DNA of 10,358 nt from a virus, in UHGV virus genome UHGV-0379321, one strand, 5' to 3'. Numbering within the stretch: the first letter of the stretch is position 1; every line of letters begins with the position of its first letter. Positions 1-7,490 of the stretch are shown here, piece after piece. The notes below the pieces were generated by a model, which saw only the letters and a program-made list of their open reading frames with translations, was not told where the DNA came from and searched no databases. The position numbers and the translations under genes were made by a program.

Positions 1-71
1 AACCAGTATCCCGCACTACCAGCGGATGTTCCGTAGGCAATGCCAGTTGAGATTTTGTCCATTGATTTCAT
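1..71 (-). CDS. S: Holin, phage-21 S-type pinholin; 5' end only, gene runs off the window
   Basis: Minus-strand ATG at 69-71 preceded by GGCGGAGG RBS; translation [23 protein letters not shown] matches the N-terminus of phage 21 S holin as I recall it (two Met starts at codons 1 and 4). Upstream non-coding stretch resembles the lambda region just upstream of S. Confidence 0.8.
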   Translation of the reverse strand, partial: MKSMDKISTGIAYGTSAGSAGYW

Positions 72-190
72 AGCAACGCCTCCGCCAGTAACGGATTGCG
101 TAGTTCTTATATTGGGAAGGGGAAAAAAAGAAGGCCGCAGCGTAACTATCACTGATGAATTCATGATAGCCAGTGGCTACGGCTCAGTTA

Positions 191-266
191 TGGTGCTGGT
201 TAACGGACTTGAACCGCTACCCATTCGCTTACAAGGCGACTGCTCTACCATTGGAGCTAAACCAGC
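191..266 (-). tRNA. tRNA-Thr (anticodon UGU), phage-encoded
   Basis: 76-nt cloverleaf folded by hand on the minus strand: 7-bp acceptor GCTGGTT/AACCAGC, D-stem GCTC/GAGC, anticodon loop CTTGTAA, T-arm AGCGG-TTCAAGT-CCGTT, discriminator A, encoded CCA. Differs from E. coli thrU. Confidence 0.7.
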
Positions 267-271
267 ATATT

Positions 272-346
272 TGGCGGGACAGCGTGGACTCGAACCACGA
301 TAAGAAGGTTAACAGCCTTCCGTAATGACCTTTATACGACTGACCC
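272..346 (-). tRNA. tRNA-Asn-like (anticodon GUU), phage-encoded, one acceptor-stem mismatch
   Basis: 75-nt fold: acceptor GGGTCAG/CTGTCCC with a U4-U69 mismatch, perfect 5-bp anticodon stem GAAGG/CCTTC, loop CTGTTAA, T-arm CGTGG-TTCGAGT-CCACG, discriminator G, encoded CCA. D-arm is weak (3 bp). Only 5 nt from the tRNA-Thr. Confidence 0.5.
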
Positions 347-400
347 AAATAAAAAAAGCCACCGTTGCAACTTAAGAGTCACTAACGGCAGCTTATGCGA

Positions 401-431
401 ATAGTGTTGCTCATTTGCTCAATGATGTCAA
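401..431 (-). promoter_or_regulatory. Candidate late promoter PR' (and likely Q-utilisation region) just downstream of Q
   Basis: TTGACA -35 hexamer at 426-431, 7 nt after the Q stop, mirroring lambda where PR' -35 directly follows Q. No convincing -10 at 17 bp (AACACT/CACTAT), so the call rests mainly on position. Confidence 0.35.
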
Positions 432-437
432 CACGTT

Positions 438-926
438 CTATGCTACATGTTTAATTTTCTCTACACGTTTCCGGTTTTTAAACGCACTATCCAGAACCGG
501 GTAAATCATAAACAACGAGGCATTGAGGATTTCGTCAACTTCCCGTCGACAGGTTGCGAGCGATGGTTTTTGAATGCGCCCGCCGCCCCGGCATAACATC
601 TTGCGAGGTCTTGCGACGCGATGATAGTAAGATGCAATGGCGTGCTTGGAAGAGCCGTGGGCGTAGTAGCTGAGGAGGATGCCAAAGGCTTTCTTGTCAA
701 TGTACATGACGGAATCGACGACCTGAGAAATCAACATTCCATCATCATCATTACACATTGGCCTTGTCATAACTCTTCCCGGCTCTACGCTCTCCATGAA
801 CTTAGCTATTACGCTGCTCATGCGCTTTTCCAGACGACCTGAATAAACCCATGCGCCCCACAGTTCAAGCCAGCCATTCAGCCACTCGTGCTGTTCTTTG
901 GTGAGGTTTAGTTCTCTTATGCCCAT
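438..926 (-). CDS. Q: Late-gene antitermination protein Q (phage 82 / QuuD-type family)
   Basis: ELWGAWV motif and RPMCNDDDGM region resemble the QuuD/82-type Q family (ERWGAWA...RPQCCDDDAM). Sits between ninG and the late promoter/lysis genes. Start chosen at ATG 924-926 with GGAG RBS; an upstream in-frame ATG at 983 is possible. Confidence 0.7.
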   Translation of the reverse strand: MGIRELNLTKEQHEWLNGWLELWGAWVYSGRLEKRMSSVIAKFMESVEPGRVMTRPMCNDDDGMLISQVVDSVMYIDKKAFGILLSYYAHGSSKHAIASYYHRVARPRKMLCRGGGRIQKPSLATCRREVDEILNASLFMIYPVLDSAFKNRKRVEKIKHVA

Positions 927-969
927 GCGCCTTCTCCCTTGTGATCTGGAATGGTTTTTACTGAGAACG

Positions 970-1575
970 TCATGCGGCCTCACTTCTGCTGTTTCGCAGG
1001 TCTTTGAGTTTCTGCTGATACTCCGCCTTGATGGCCCTGCACTCTTCGACAGTCCAGCGATGGCGGTTATGGTTTGATTCGATTTCGTCTACTGCTTCCT
1101 GCCCGATGCGGCTAATCAGTTCGACGCGATACGGAACGAGATTTCCGCTTTTGTGCTGGTTGCACACCACGCATTGCTTGTGAATATTGCGTTCATCAAA
1201 TCGGAGTTGAGGTGCCGCAGCAGTTGTCCGGTAATGTCCGGCATCCCACTGAGCAGACGTGAGCGTTCCGTAAGAGATACATGGTAAGTCGCGGTCTCTT
1301 TCTCTGATGAAGGCGTTTACGGCTTGTTGGGCTTGTTTAATCCAGTAACTGCGGGGCTTTAAGGCGAGTTTTCTAATCTTAAGTTTATCTTTCTGTTTCT
1401 GCTCCTCTCGTCGTCGTTTCTTCTCTGCTGCTTTTTCGCGTTCTTTACTTCGTCGTTCGAGTGCTATCTTGGTTCCACACTCTGGAGAGCACCACCACTG
1501 ATTAGCGAATGCAGGGTGAAACCATTCCCGACATTCATCGTTTTTACATCGTCTTCGCGCTGGTTTAGCCATCAT
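970..1575 (-). CDS. ninG: NinG / Rap recombination-associated structure-specific endonuclease
   Basis: 201-aa product near-identical along its length to lambda NinG as recalled (MAKPARR...[14 protein letters not shown]...[40 protein letters not shown]...[13 protein letters not shown]). Confidence 0.9.
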   Translation of the reverse strand: MMAKPARRRCKNDECREWFHPAFANQWWCSPECGTKIALERRSKEREKAAEKKRRREEQKQKDKLKIRKLALKPRSYWIKQAQQAVNAFIRERDRDLPCISYGTLTSAQWDAGHYRTTAAAPQLRFDERNIHKQCVVCNQHKSGNLVPYRVELISRIGQEAVDEIESNHNRHRWTVEECRAIKAEYQQKLKDLRNSRSEAA

Positions 1576-1777
1576 CTTCTTCCTCGTGCATCGAGCTATT
1601 CGAATCGCTCATCAGCTCTGCACAGCAGTACTCACACACGTGAACTTCCAGCACATGCAGCTTCTGACCGCAATTAGCGCACGTTAAAGCCCGCTCGACG
1701 CTTTCTTGTTCGTAACTTCGATTTGGGTCAATCACCTTGTATTCCTCGCACGATGTCTTAGCCACCGGATATCCCAC
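1565..1777 (-). CDS. ninF: NinF-like small protein (Cys-rich)
   Basis: C-terminal [46 protein letters not shown] matches lambda NinF as recalled. First codon is GTG at 1775-1777; true start uncertain (second GTG at 1765). Overlaps the ninE 3' end. Confidence 0.7.
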   Translation of the reverse strand: MGYPVAKTSCEEYKVIDPNRSYEQESVERALTCANCGQKLHVLEVHVCEYCCAELMSDSNSSMHEEEDDG

Positions 1778-1914
1778 AGGTGAGCCGTGTAGTTGAAGGT
1801 TTTTACGTCAGATTCTTTTGGGATTGGCTTGCGTTTATTTCTGGAGCGTTTCGTTGGAAGGTATTTGCAGTTTTCGCAGATGATGTCGGTGATACTTCGT
1901 CGCTGTCGTCTCAT
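1732..1914 (-). CDS. ninE: NinE-like small basic protein (60 aa)
   Basis: [60 protein letters not shown]; 60 aa as in lambda NinE. ATG at 1912-1914 overlaps the ninB stop. NinE versus NinD assignment is from memory and not certain. Confidence 0.7.
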   Translation of the reverse strand: MRRQRRSITDIICENCKYLPTKRSRNKRKPIPKESDVKTFNYTAHLWDIRWLRHRARNTR

Positions 1915-2339
1915 GCCGCCCTGTCTCCCCATCGCGCTTTCCATTCGAGAGCCAGTCGCGCTTCGTCCGACCACTTAACGCCACGCTCTGTACCGAATGC
2001 CTGTATAAGCTCTAATAGCTCCGCAAATTCGCTTACACGCATCCTGCTGGTTGACTGGCCTATTACCACAAAGCCATTCCCGGCAAGGTTAGGAACAACA
2101 TCCTGCTGCTTTAATGCTGCGGTAAACACACACTTCCAGCTTTCTGCATCCAGCCAGCGACCATGCCATTCAACCTGACGAGAGACGTCACCAAGGCAAG
2201 CCCAAAGCTTTCGATTCTGGTCTAAGCTGCGGTTGCGCTGCTTAAACTCGACAATGATGTCTAAATCGCATGTCCTAAGATACTGAATGGCGTTATATCT
2301 TATAGATTCATTAGTAAGGTGATATTTGACACATTTCAT
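1911..2339 (-). CDS. ninB: NinB (Orf-family recombination mediator) with a divergent N-terminus; restarts 1 nt after the HNH ORF stop
   Basis: From [75 protein letters not shown] to the C-terminus it matches lambda NinB residues 33-146 almost exactly. ATG at 2337-2339 with GAGGT RBS gives 142 aa (lambda NinB is 146). The six-frame ORF extends to a TTG at 2426, which I do not favour. Confidence 0.8.
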   Translation of the reverse strand: MKCVKYHLTNESIRYNAIQYLRTCDLDIIVEFKQRNRSLDQNRKLWACLGDVSRQVEWHGRWLDAESWKCVFTAALKQQDVVPNLAGNGFVVIGQSTSRMRVSEFAELLELIQAFGTERGVKWSDEARLALEWKARWGDRAA

Positions 2340-2832
2340 TTTAATACCTCGCAAATTCGCCGAAACATTCATCCGCTTTATTTGCATATACTTTATGAGC
2401 TTCCTTTGGGTCATCGTAAAACCCAAGATTAACTTTCCTCTTGTTGATTACGATTTGCGCCCTCCATTTTCTTGATTTCTTATCCCATGAAACGCCTTTA
2501 TATCCTGATTTGTTATTTGCCTTTTTGTTTACGTTTTGGATGTTTTGAGATCGAGTTGCCAATCTAAGATTTGCTATACGATTGTCATCCCTAACGAGAT
2601 TTATGTGGTCGATATCACTTTTTGGTAGACTGCCATTCATATAGAGCCACGCCAGCCTGTGTGCCTTATAAAGTTTTCCATCGACTTTTATTACCCAGTA
2701 GCCTTCGCTACTCTTATGCCCTGCGATATCCCCAGCATTCATTCTCTGGCATTTCTTTACTTTCCATGTGAATTTCCCTGTTAACTCATCGTAGAGAAGG
2801 ACTTCTTTAAGTCTCTGCTGAGTTATTTGATT
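2262..2832 (-). mobile_element. About 570-bp homing-endonuclease insertion inside ninB (between NinB codons about 32 and 33)
   Basis: Sequence homologous to lambda ninB stops after ...CCAACCAAACCAATC (around 2833) and resumes at ...ATCATTGTCGAG... (around 2262); the intervening DNA encodes the HNH-AP2 domain plus 78 nt that supply a new NinB start. Confidence 0.65.
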
Positions 2833-2928
2833 GATTGGTTTGGTTGGGTCTGGAATGATTTGCTGTACTGCGTGAATAGCGTTCTGCTGATGGATGTGGC
2901 TTCTTAGTTCAAACGTTAGTTTCCTCAT
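2341..2928 (-). CDS. HNH homing endonuclease with C-terminal AP2 DNA-binding domain, fused in frame to the first 32 codons of ninB
   Basis: Residues 1-32 (MRKLTFELRSHIHQQNAIHAVQQIIPDPTKPI) match the lambda NinB N-terminus. The rest carries an HNH motif (DIDHINLVRDDNRIANLRLATRSQN) and an AP2-like segment (SGYKGVSWDKKSRKWRAQIVINKRKVNLGFYDDPKEAHKVY). GGAG RBS before ATG 2926-2928. Confidence 0.85.
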   Translation of the reverse strand: MRKLTFELRSHIHQQNAIHAVQQIIPDPTKPINQITQQRLKEVLLYDELTGKFTWKVKKCQRMNAGDIAGHKSSEGYWVIKVDGKLYKAHRLAWLYMNGSLPKSDIDHINLVRDDNRIANLRLATRSQNIQNVNKKANNKSGYKGVSWDKKSRKWRAQIVINKRKVNLGFYDDPKEAHKVYANKADECFGEFARY

Positions 2929-3145
2929 GGGATGAACTCCAGTTTGCGATGTTAAATTCCCATTTAATTACCTTTGCATACCCAATTTTGAACCCATCAA
3001 TACCTATCCACCGATTGCCACTCCAATAAGCTGTACCACTTTGCTTGAAATGATGTGGATGCCTAGATTGAGTGGTCACAGTTACAGGTAAATATGGCTT
3101 CGGGTATTCCCCATTCCCTGGATAACCAGATTTAATTTTGCTCAT
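2909..3145 (-). CDS. Hypothetical 78-aa protein, translationally coupled to the upstream ORF
   Basis: ATG 3143-3145 overlaps the upstream TGA (ATGA), preceded by GAGAGAGGG. No family recognised (MSKIKSGYPGNGEYPKPYLPVTVTTQSRHPHHF...). Its 3' end overlaps the start of the ninB-HNH ORF by 20 nt. Confidence 0.45.
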   Translation of the reverse strand: MSKIKSGYPGNGEYPKPYLPVTVTTQSRHPHHFKQSGTAYWSGNRWIGIDGFKIGYAKVIKWEFNIANWSSSHEETNV

Positions 3146-3468
3146 TGATACCCTCTCTCACTTAATCGCGCCCACGCTTCGTTAAACTCTTCTCGGGTTG
3201 CGCCGGATTTTCTTTCTTCAAACATCATGCATTCGCTGATGTCTCCCCATGACTTTGGTCGCTTTTCAGCGAACAGATCATCCCATTCGAATACCCAGCG
3301 TCCTGATTTTCGGTAGTGGTAAATGGTCAGCCATGTTGTGCTGTTCGCTGGATACCCATAGAGAACTTCGACTTTTTGATCACGGTCTTTATGCTTTTTC
3401 AGCAGGATAAAGCCAGCAACCAGCGAAGCTCCGGCAAGAATGATGATTGGAATTTGCCAGTCAGCCAC
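3142..3468 (-). CDS. Hypothetical 108-aa membrane-anchored protein (one N-terminal TM helix)
   Basis: Hydrophobic segment IPIIILAGASLVAGFILL followed by KKHKDRDQK (positive-inside) and a roughly 80-aa soluble domain. GGGAGAGGGA RBS. Occupies the slot where lambda has ren/ninA. Confidence 0.55.
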   Translation of the reverse strand: MADWQIPIIILAGASLVAGFILLKKHKDRDQKVEVLYGYPANSTTWLTIYHYRKSGRWVFEWDDLFAEKRPKSWGDISECMMFEERKSGATREEFNEAWARLSERGYQ

Positions 3469-3480
3469 ACTTCCCTCTCC

Positions 3481-3515
3481 CCCAAATAAAAAGGCCTGCG
3501 ATTACCAGCAGGCCT
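3481..3515 (-). terminator. Intrinsic terminator downstream of the helicase gene
   Basis: On the minus strand: 8-bp stem AGGCCTGC / GCAGGCCT with an 8-nt loop, followed by TTTTTATTTGGG; lies between the helicase stop (3541) and the next RBS. Confidence 0.6.
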
Positions 3516-3540
3516 GTTATTAGCTCAGTGATGTAGATGG

Positions 3541-5934
3541 TCATACGTCAGCCCCTTGTGCATATCGTCTGCCACGCGCAGCAGGTGCATTTGATGCTGT
3601 GCAAATCTGTCTGGCTTCATCCTGGTCACATGCAACAAAGTGTCCGTTACAGAACCGCTGGTAAACCGTACCAAGTGAGCCAAAACGGTTTTTCGTCACG
3701 ATGATTTCAGCAAATGGCGCGGCGCTACTGTTCTCGTCATATACCGCTTCCCGATAGAGCATGATGATTGAGTCTGCGTCCTGCTCAATGCTTCCTGAAT
3801 CACGCAAATCTGCGTTTGTCGGGCGTTTGTTTGGTCGCTTCTCAACATCGCGAGAAAGCTGACTTAGGGAGATAACAGGCGTTTTCAGGTCTTTCGCCAT
3901 CGCCTTCAGGCTTCCGGAGATGTGAGCAATTGCGAGGTCGTTGCGGTCTGCTTTCGGCTTCTCAATCAGGCCAAGATAATCCGCCATGATGAGTGACAGG
4001 TTTGGATTTTCCTGTTTGTGTCGTTCTGCGATTGAGCGTATTTCTTCGACCGATAACCGCGAGGCATCGACTACCCATACATCCAAATCCGCAAGCTGAC
4101 TCATGCCGTTAGCAACGCGCGCCCAGCCTTCGTCATCCATCGCTGCAGGATTTCGCAGTACGCTAACCGACATCCTCCCGGCGTTGGCAATACTTCGCTC
4201 TGCAATCTGCAATGCGCTCATTTCCATTGAGAAAATCAATACTCCGCGCCGGACGTCAGAACCAGGAATAACACGGCTTGCAACGCCTTCGGCAATCTTC
4301 AGCGCCAGTTCCGTATTGTGCGTAACGATGTAATCCGTTGTCACATAGAGATGGCTAGGATGGCTTACCATGATGCAGAGACACTCTTCTGGCTCAACAA
4401 CTTCAACCGATTTGATACCCACACCAAGGTCGCCAAGCCTGTTAATCCCGAGATTTTTGCGTAAACGTGGTGAGTGAATTTGCTCTATCAAAGATGATGG
4501 CAACTTCATGCTGACCATGTGTGCATCAAGTCCGTCATGCTTCTCTCCTTTGTACGTGTAAACTATTCCCGTCCTGCTGGATTCTTTGGCGGTTCCACCT
4601 AAAGATCTAGCAAGCCTTACTAATCCTTTAGCTAATTTCTGACTGGATGAACTAAAGCGGATGCATCCGGACTTCTCAACCCAGCCATCTGTCTCGAGAA
4701 GGCCAGTTAAAACACCGGTACGTATTTCTTTGCTAGCACTAAAAATTTCTGCTGGGATTTCCTTCTCGGACGCACCTTTCCCGATCACCCCAATGCCACG
4801 TAGTTTGTCCAATAGTGGGTTCTTCTGGCCTTTTTGGTTGCTTATCAAATAATCATTCTCTCCTACCTTAACCAGTCGCAATGGTGCAATTGCATCACTC
4901 ATGCGGCTCAGGACATATTCTTCCGAGTTGGTGAATTTGATGCCTTTTATCAACGAACCGTCACCAAGTAGAGCACCAATAACCCAACCATCAAGGGAAA
5001 TATTTTTACCAAAGTCTCCGGTCAAGGATGGCACTCTTATTCTTCCCTGATAACGTGTTTTTTGTAGCATCCCAGCCAGCGCATCAGTATCAACAACGCG
5101 TTTACCAGTAAATCTTGATGATGAAATTTCCCATAAGTGGTTGTCGGCACATTTCACGCTACGTCCGTCTTCAAAGGTGACTAAATATGTGAATTTCTTC
5201 CCTTGTGGGAAGACGCCAATTACCTCCGAAGGAAGCCCGTCTATTGACGCGATGCGATCGCCAATTTTGACTTCTCCGTGAGTAGTCCAGGTGCCATCTG
5301 CAAGTAAAATCCCTTCGCTTAGCGCCATTGCTTTCCCCATACCAGGACGAGCAGCGATTATCACCAGGTCTTCCGCGTTCATCCCTCCGGTGATGGCGTC
5401 AAGTTCTTCGATTCCGGTCTTCAGGGTATCTGACTCTTCTCCGTTCCTCAGGCGCCTGTCAAGCGTGTCAGTGTAGTCAGTGATGATTTCCCCTAACCGT
5501 ACAGGTTTAACCTCGTCACGGGGCTTTCTGATGGCTGAGAGACGCTTTACAAGCTCGTCCATCGCCTGACTCGATGTATCGATGGTTCCGTTCTGAATTG
5601 GTTCACGCATTTCATCCATGATTTCCAGCACCAGACGGCGGTGATAGTTATCCGCGACCATTCCGGCATATCCCTTCAGGTTTGCGGCACTCGGGCAGTT
5701 TTTGCTGGTCATCAGGATTGACGTGAAATGCTCCTCTCCGCACGCCTCGGCAACCATCAGCGCGTCGATTAGGTTTCTGTTTCGCGCCTGCTTGCGGATA
5801 ACCTCGAAGGCTTTCCGGTAGAGCGGAATTGAAAACGCTTCCGGCTCCAGCGTTGCCAGAACGTCACTGGCAGTTGGTGTTAATCCACCAATCAGCAGAC
5901 CACCGATAACGCTCGCTTCGATATCCTGTCTCAT
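3541..5934 (-). CDS. Replicative DnaB-family helicase (P22 gene 12-type) interrupted by an intein; 797-aa precursor, 458-aa predicted spliced product
   Basis: DnaB N-terminal domain ([14 protein letters not shown]), Walker A split as ...[10 protein letters not shown] | intein | [10 protein letters not shown]..., DnaB motif [15 protein letters not shown]. Start ATG overlaps the O stop (ATGA). Confidence 0.9.
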   Translation of the reverse strand: MRQDIEASVIGGLLIGGLTPTASDVLATLEPEAFSIPLYRKAFEVIRKQARNRNLIDALMVAEACGEEHFTSILMTSKNCPSAANLKGYAGMVADNYHRRLVLEIMDEMREPIQNGTIDTSSQAMDELVKRLSAIRKPRDEVKPVRLGEIITDYTDTLDRRLRNGEESDTLKTGIEELDAITGGMNAEDLVIIAARPGMGKAMALSEGILLADGTWTTHGEVKIGDRIASIDGLPSEVIGVFPQGKKFTYLVTFEDGRSVKCADNHLWEISSSRFTGKRVVDTDALAGMLQKTRYQGRIRVPSLTGDFGKNISLDGWVIGALLGDGSLIKGIKFTNSEEYVLSRMSDAIAPLRLVKVGENDYLISNQKGQKNPLLDKLRGIGVIGKGASEKEIPAEIFSASKEIRTGVLTGLLETDGWVEKSGCIRFSSSSQKLAKGLVRLARSLGGTAKESSRTGIVYTYKGEKHDGLDAHMVSMKLPSSLIEQIHSPRLRKNLGINRLGDLGVGIKSVEVVEPEECLCIMVSHPSHLYVTTDYIVTHNTELALKIAEGVASRVIPGSDVRRGVLIFSMEMSALQIAERSIANAGRMSVSVLRNPAAMDDEGWARVANGMSQLADLDVWVVDASRLSVEEIRSIAERHKQENPNLSLIMADYLGLIEKPKADRNDLAIAHISGSLKAMAKDLKTPVISLSQLSRDVEKRPNKRPTNADLRDSGSIEQDADSIIMLYREAVYDENSSAAPFAEIIVTKNRFGSLGTVYQRFCNGHFVACDQDEARQICTASNAPAARGRRYAQGADV
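4315..5331 (-). mobile_element. Intein (339 aa) with LAGLIDADG homing-endonuclease domain, inserted between Lys and Thr of the helicase P-loop; class-3-like
   Basis: Starts with Ala after GMGK, ends in HN followed by +1 Thr. Two LAGLIDADG-type motifs ([15 protein letters not shown] and [15 protein letters not shown]). Block-B-like CADNHLW with Trp, a Cys in the F-block region (EECLCIMV) and Thr in VTHN fit the WCT pattern of class 3 inteins. Removing it restores GMGKTELAL. Confidence 0.8.
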
Positions 5935-6878
5935 GCAATCCCCCTGTCTGCAAACTTCCCTTCCCGAACTCCCGTTAACGAGTCTTCCCTCAGCAGGTAA
6001 TCAAAATCTGCCGTCCAGCCCGTGTCGTTGTCTCCGAAGTAAAACGGCTTGGCCTGATGTACAAACGCCCTGACATACGCTCTGAAACCGTCCACGTTTG
6101 GCGTTTTCAGTTGCGGGATGATTTTCTTCAGGCGGCGTTTGCGTTTCTCGTTGACCGCAACAGCGTGTGGCAGTCTGTCACCAACTTCGGTGTTGTAGGC
6201 GTTCAGGAAGGATTCGTAGTCGATGCGTTCTGCCTTGCGACGTTCAGGTTTAACCTGCCCATCGCCTCCCCCATTGGGGGGTAGGGGGGTATTATTTATA
6301 TTCTTGTTAATACCTTCTTGTTCATGATGTGCGGTTGTTTGTGCGGCTTCATGTGCGCTTTCATGTGCGGCATGTACGCTGAATGCCGCGCCATTACTGG
6401 CTTCATCATGTGCGGCATCATGTGCGGTTGTTTGTGCGGCTTCATGTGCGGGTGAATTGTCCATTTTTTGAGCATATTCATGGTAATTTGTGATGGTTAT
6501 CACACGACCTTTTTGCTTCTCCCCATCAATGGAGATCATCCCCTCTTTCACAAAAACCTGAAGCATCCGCTCAACCTGATCACGGCTTGCCGGCTTGCCA
6601 TGCCTGTCGCATAACTGAAGACCTAAATCAGCTGCTGTCACAACCAGTTGACCGGGTTGCAGATGCCATTCATGACCTTTGAAATTCGCTTTGTATGGCT
6701 TTCTGGCAGCATTCAGGAGAAGGTTTTCCCACAGGGTGCGAAGATAAACATCTTTCGCCCATGACTGTTTCAGAATGCTCCGGTACAACGGAATGTAACC
6801 AGTTTTCTGGTTCTCCATCCTGTTGCTCCTGCGCTCGTGTGCGGCGATGAAATCGTAGATTTTTGCTGTATTGCTCAT
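5931..6878 (-). CDS. O: Replication initiator, lambda O-like N-terminus, with internal origin
   Basis: N-terminus [10 protein letters not shown] resembles lambda O (MTNTAKILNF). Central low-complexity His/Ala-rich linker is encoded by the repeat array; C-terminal domain differs from lambda O, consistent with pairing to a DnaB-type helicase. ATG 6876-6878. Confidence 0.8.
   Translation of the reverse strand: MSNTAKIYDFIAAHERRSNRMENQKTGYIPLYRSILKQSWAKDVYLRTLWENLLLNAARKPYKANFKGHEWHLQPGQLVVTAADLGLQLCDRHGKPASRDQVERMLQVFVKEGMISIDGEKQKGRVITITNYHEYAQKMDNSPAHEAAQTTAHDAAHDEASNGAAFSVHAAHESAHEAAQTTAHHEQEGINKNINNTPLPPNGGGDGQVKPERRKAERIDYESFLNAYNTEVGDRLPHAVAVNEKRKRRLKKIIPQLKTPNVDGFRAYVRAFVHQAKPFYFGDNDTGWTADFDYLLREDSLTGVREGKFADRGIA
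6327..6451. repeat. Candidate replication origin iterons (about 9 copies of ATGTGCGG-like units in two blocks) inside the O gene
   Basis: Units (A/T)TGTGCG(G/C) at 6327, 6339, 6351, 6363, 6372, 6408, 6420, 6432, 6444; a 36-bp block at 6323-6358 is repeated almost exactly at 6417-6452. An AT-rich stretch and the palindrome CCCCCA-T-TGGGGG lie just downstream (6272-6320), as in the lambda ori layout. Confidence 0.55.
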
Positions 6879-6880
6879 AA

Positions 6881-7153
6881 CTACCTGCCTTGACGAAAGA
6901 CCTTAAGAACATCGTTAAACTGACTTACGGATATGTCTTCTTTGAGAAGCTTTTCCAGAAATGCGTTTGGAATGAACGTATATCCCTCCTCTTTTGGTAG
7001 AGACGGGAGCAACGCCCTCGCCTCAGCCTTCAGAAGCTCAGTTCTGGCAACTTTCACAAAAGAGATTTGAGTTCTTTCATCAATGGAACGAAGGAAGCGC
7101 AAACGCTTAGCTTCTTTGTGTGTATCAGGTGGATTAAAGCCTTTGTTTCGCAT
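6881..7153 (-). CDS. Hypothetical 90-aa protein between cII and O
   Basis: ATG 7151-7153 with GAGG RBS; stop 2 nt before the O start. No family recognised (MRNKGFNPPDTHKEAKRLRFLRSIDERTQISF...). The longer six-frame ORF to 7363 overlaps cII and is not favoured. Confidence 0.5.
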   Translation of the reverse strand: MRNKGFNPPDTHKEAKRLRFLRSIDERTQISFVKVARTELLKAEARALLPSLPKEEGYTFIPNAFLEKLLKEDISVSQFNDVLKVFRQGR

Positions 7154-7175
7154 ATAATTACCTCGTTGGATGTTG

Positions 7176-7472
7176 TTAAAATTCCATTTGTATTTGATCA
7201 GAACGCTCGGTTGCCGCCGGGCGTTTTTTATTGGTGAGTCCATCAAGCGCATACTTAAAAGCCCTGCTAATCGGACTGATGTCTGATGCCATTCCGAAAG
7301 CACACAAGACCGAAGCAATAAACCGCCAGTCGGTACGACTGATCTTCGATTCATGACAGCCAATCATCTTTGCCAGACCGCGCTGGGTAAGCGTTGACAG
7401 GTTGATGAGTAAATCTGTTTCTGCGCGATCAACGTCGCGCTGTGATAGTTTGCTGTAACTTGTTTGTTCCAT
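7176..7472 (-). CDS. cII: CII-like transcriptional activator (lysogeny establishment)
   Basis: C-terminus LTNKKRPAATERSDQIQMEF matches lambda CII (ILTNKKRPAATERSEQIQMEF); HTH region GLAKMIGCHESKISR aligns with lambda CII; AGGTAGG RBS. Confidence 0.85.
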   Translation of the reverse strand: MEQTSYSKLSQRDVDRAETDLLINLSTLTQRGLAKMIGCHESKISRTDWRFIASVLCAFGMASDISPISRAFKYALDGLTNKKRPAATERSDQIQMEF

Positions 7473-7490
7473 TACCTACCTATTTCCATA

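Noticed and set aside
40-303. Plus-strand 87-aa ORF
   Set aside because: Overlaps the holin start and both tRNAs on the opposite strand; no RBS; the sequence is better explained by the minus-strand features.
347-400. tR'-type intrinsic terminator at the T-run GGCTTTTTTTATTT
   Set aside because: No convincing GC-rich hairpin immediately upstream of the T-run (only the palindrome GTTGCAAC and a weak 6-bp stem with a 17-nt loop); left as unresolved.
506-842. ORFs 506..700 (-) and 621..842 (+) inside the Q gene
   Set aside because: Alternative-frame and antisense ORFs wholly within a well-supported gene; no independent signals.
1780-2178. Plus-strand ORFs 1780..2178 and 1793..1978
   Set aside because: Antisense to ninE/ninB, whose translations match known families; likely spurious.
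2262-2832. Group I intron interpretation of the HNH insertion in ninB
   Set aside because: Only about 78 nt of the insert is non-coding, too little for a group I ribozyme core, and a start codon with RBS sits immediately after the HNH stop. Re-initiation is more parsimonious, but RNA splicing was not formally excluded.
4103-5476. Plus-strand ORFs 4103..4333, 4661..4852, 5291..5476
   Set aside because: Antisense to the helicase/intein gene; low-complexity translations; no start signals.
6268-6293. G-rich tract (GGGGGG TA GGGGGG) as a G-quadruplex
   Set aside because: Only two to three G-runs on one strand; better described as part of the origin palindrome.
6296-6481. His/Met/Pro-rich 61-aa ORF ([26 protein letters not shown]...), and the repeat array as a possible CRISPR
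   Set aside because: The ORF is an alternative frame through the iteron repeats and its periodic sequence is a by-product of them. The repeats are about 9 bp, irregularly spaced and inside a gene, so not a CRISPR array.
6057-6912. ORFs 6057..6284 (+) and 6670..6912 (-)
   Set aside because: Overlap the O gene in other frames or on the other strand; no support beyond being open.
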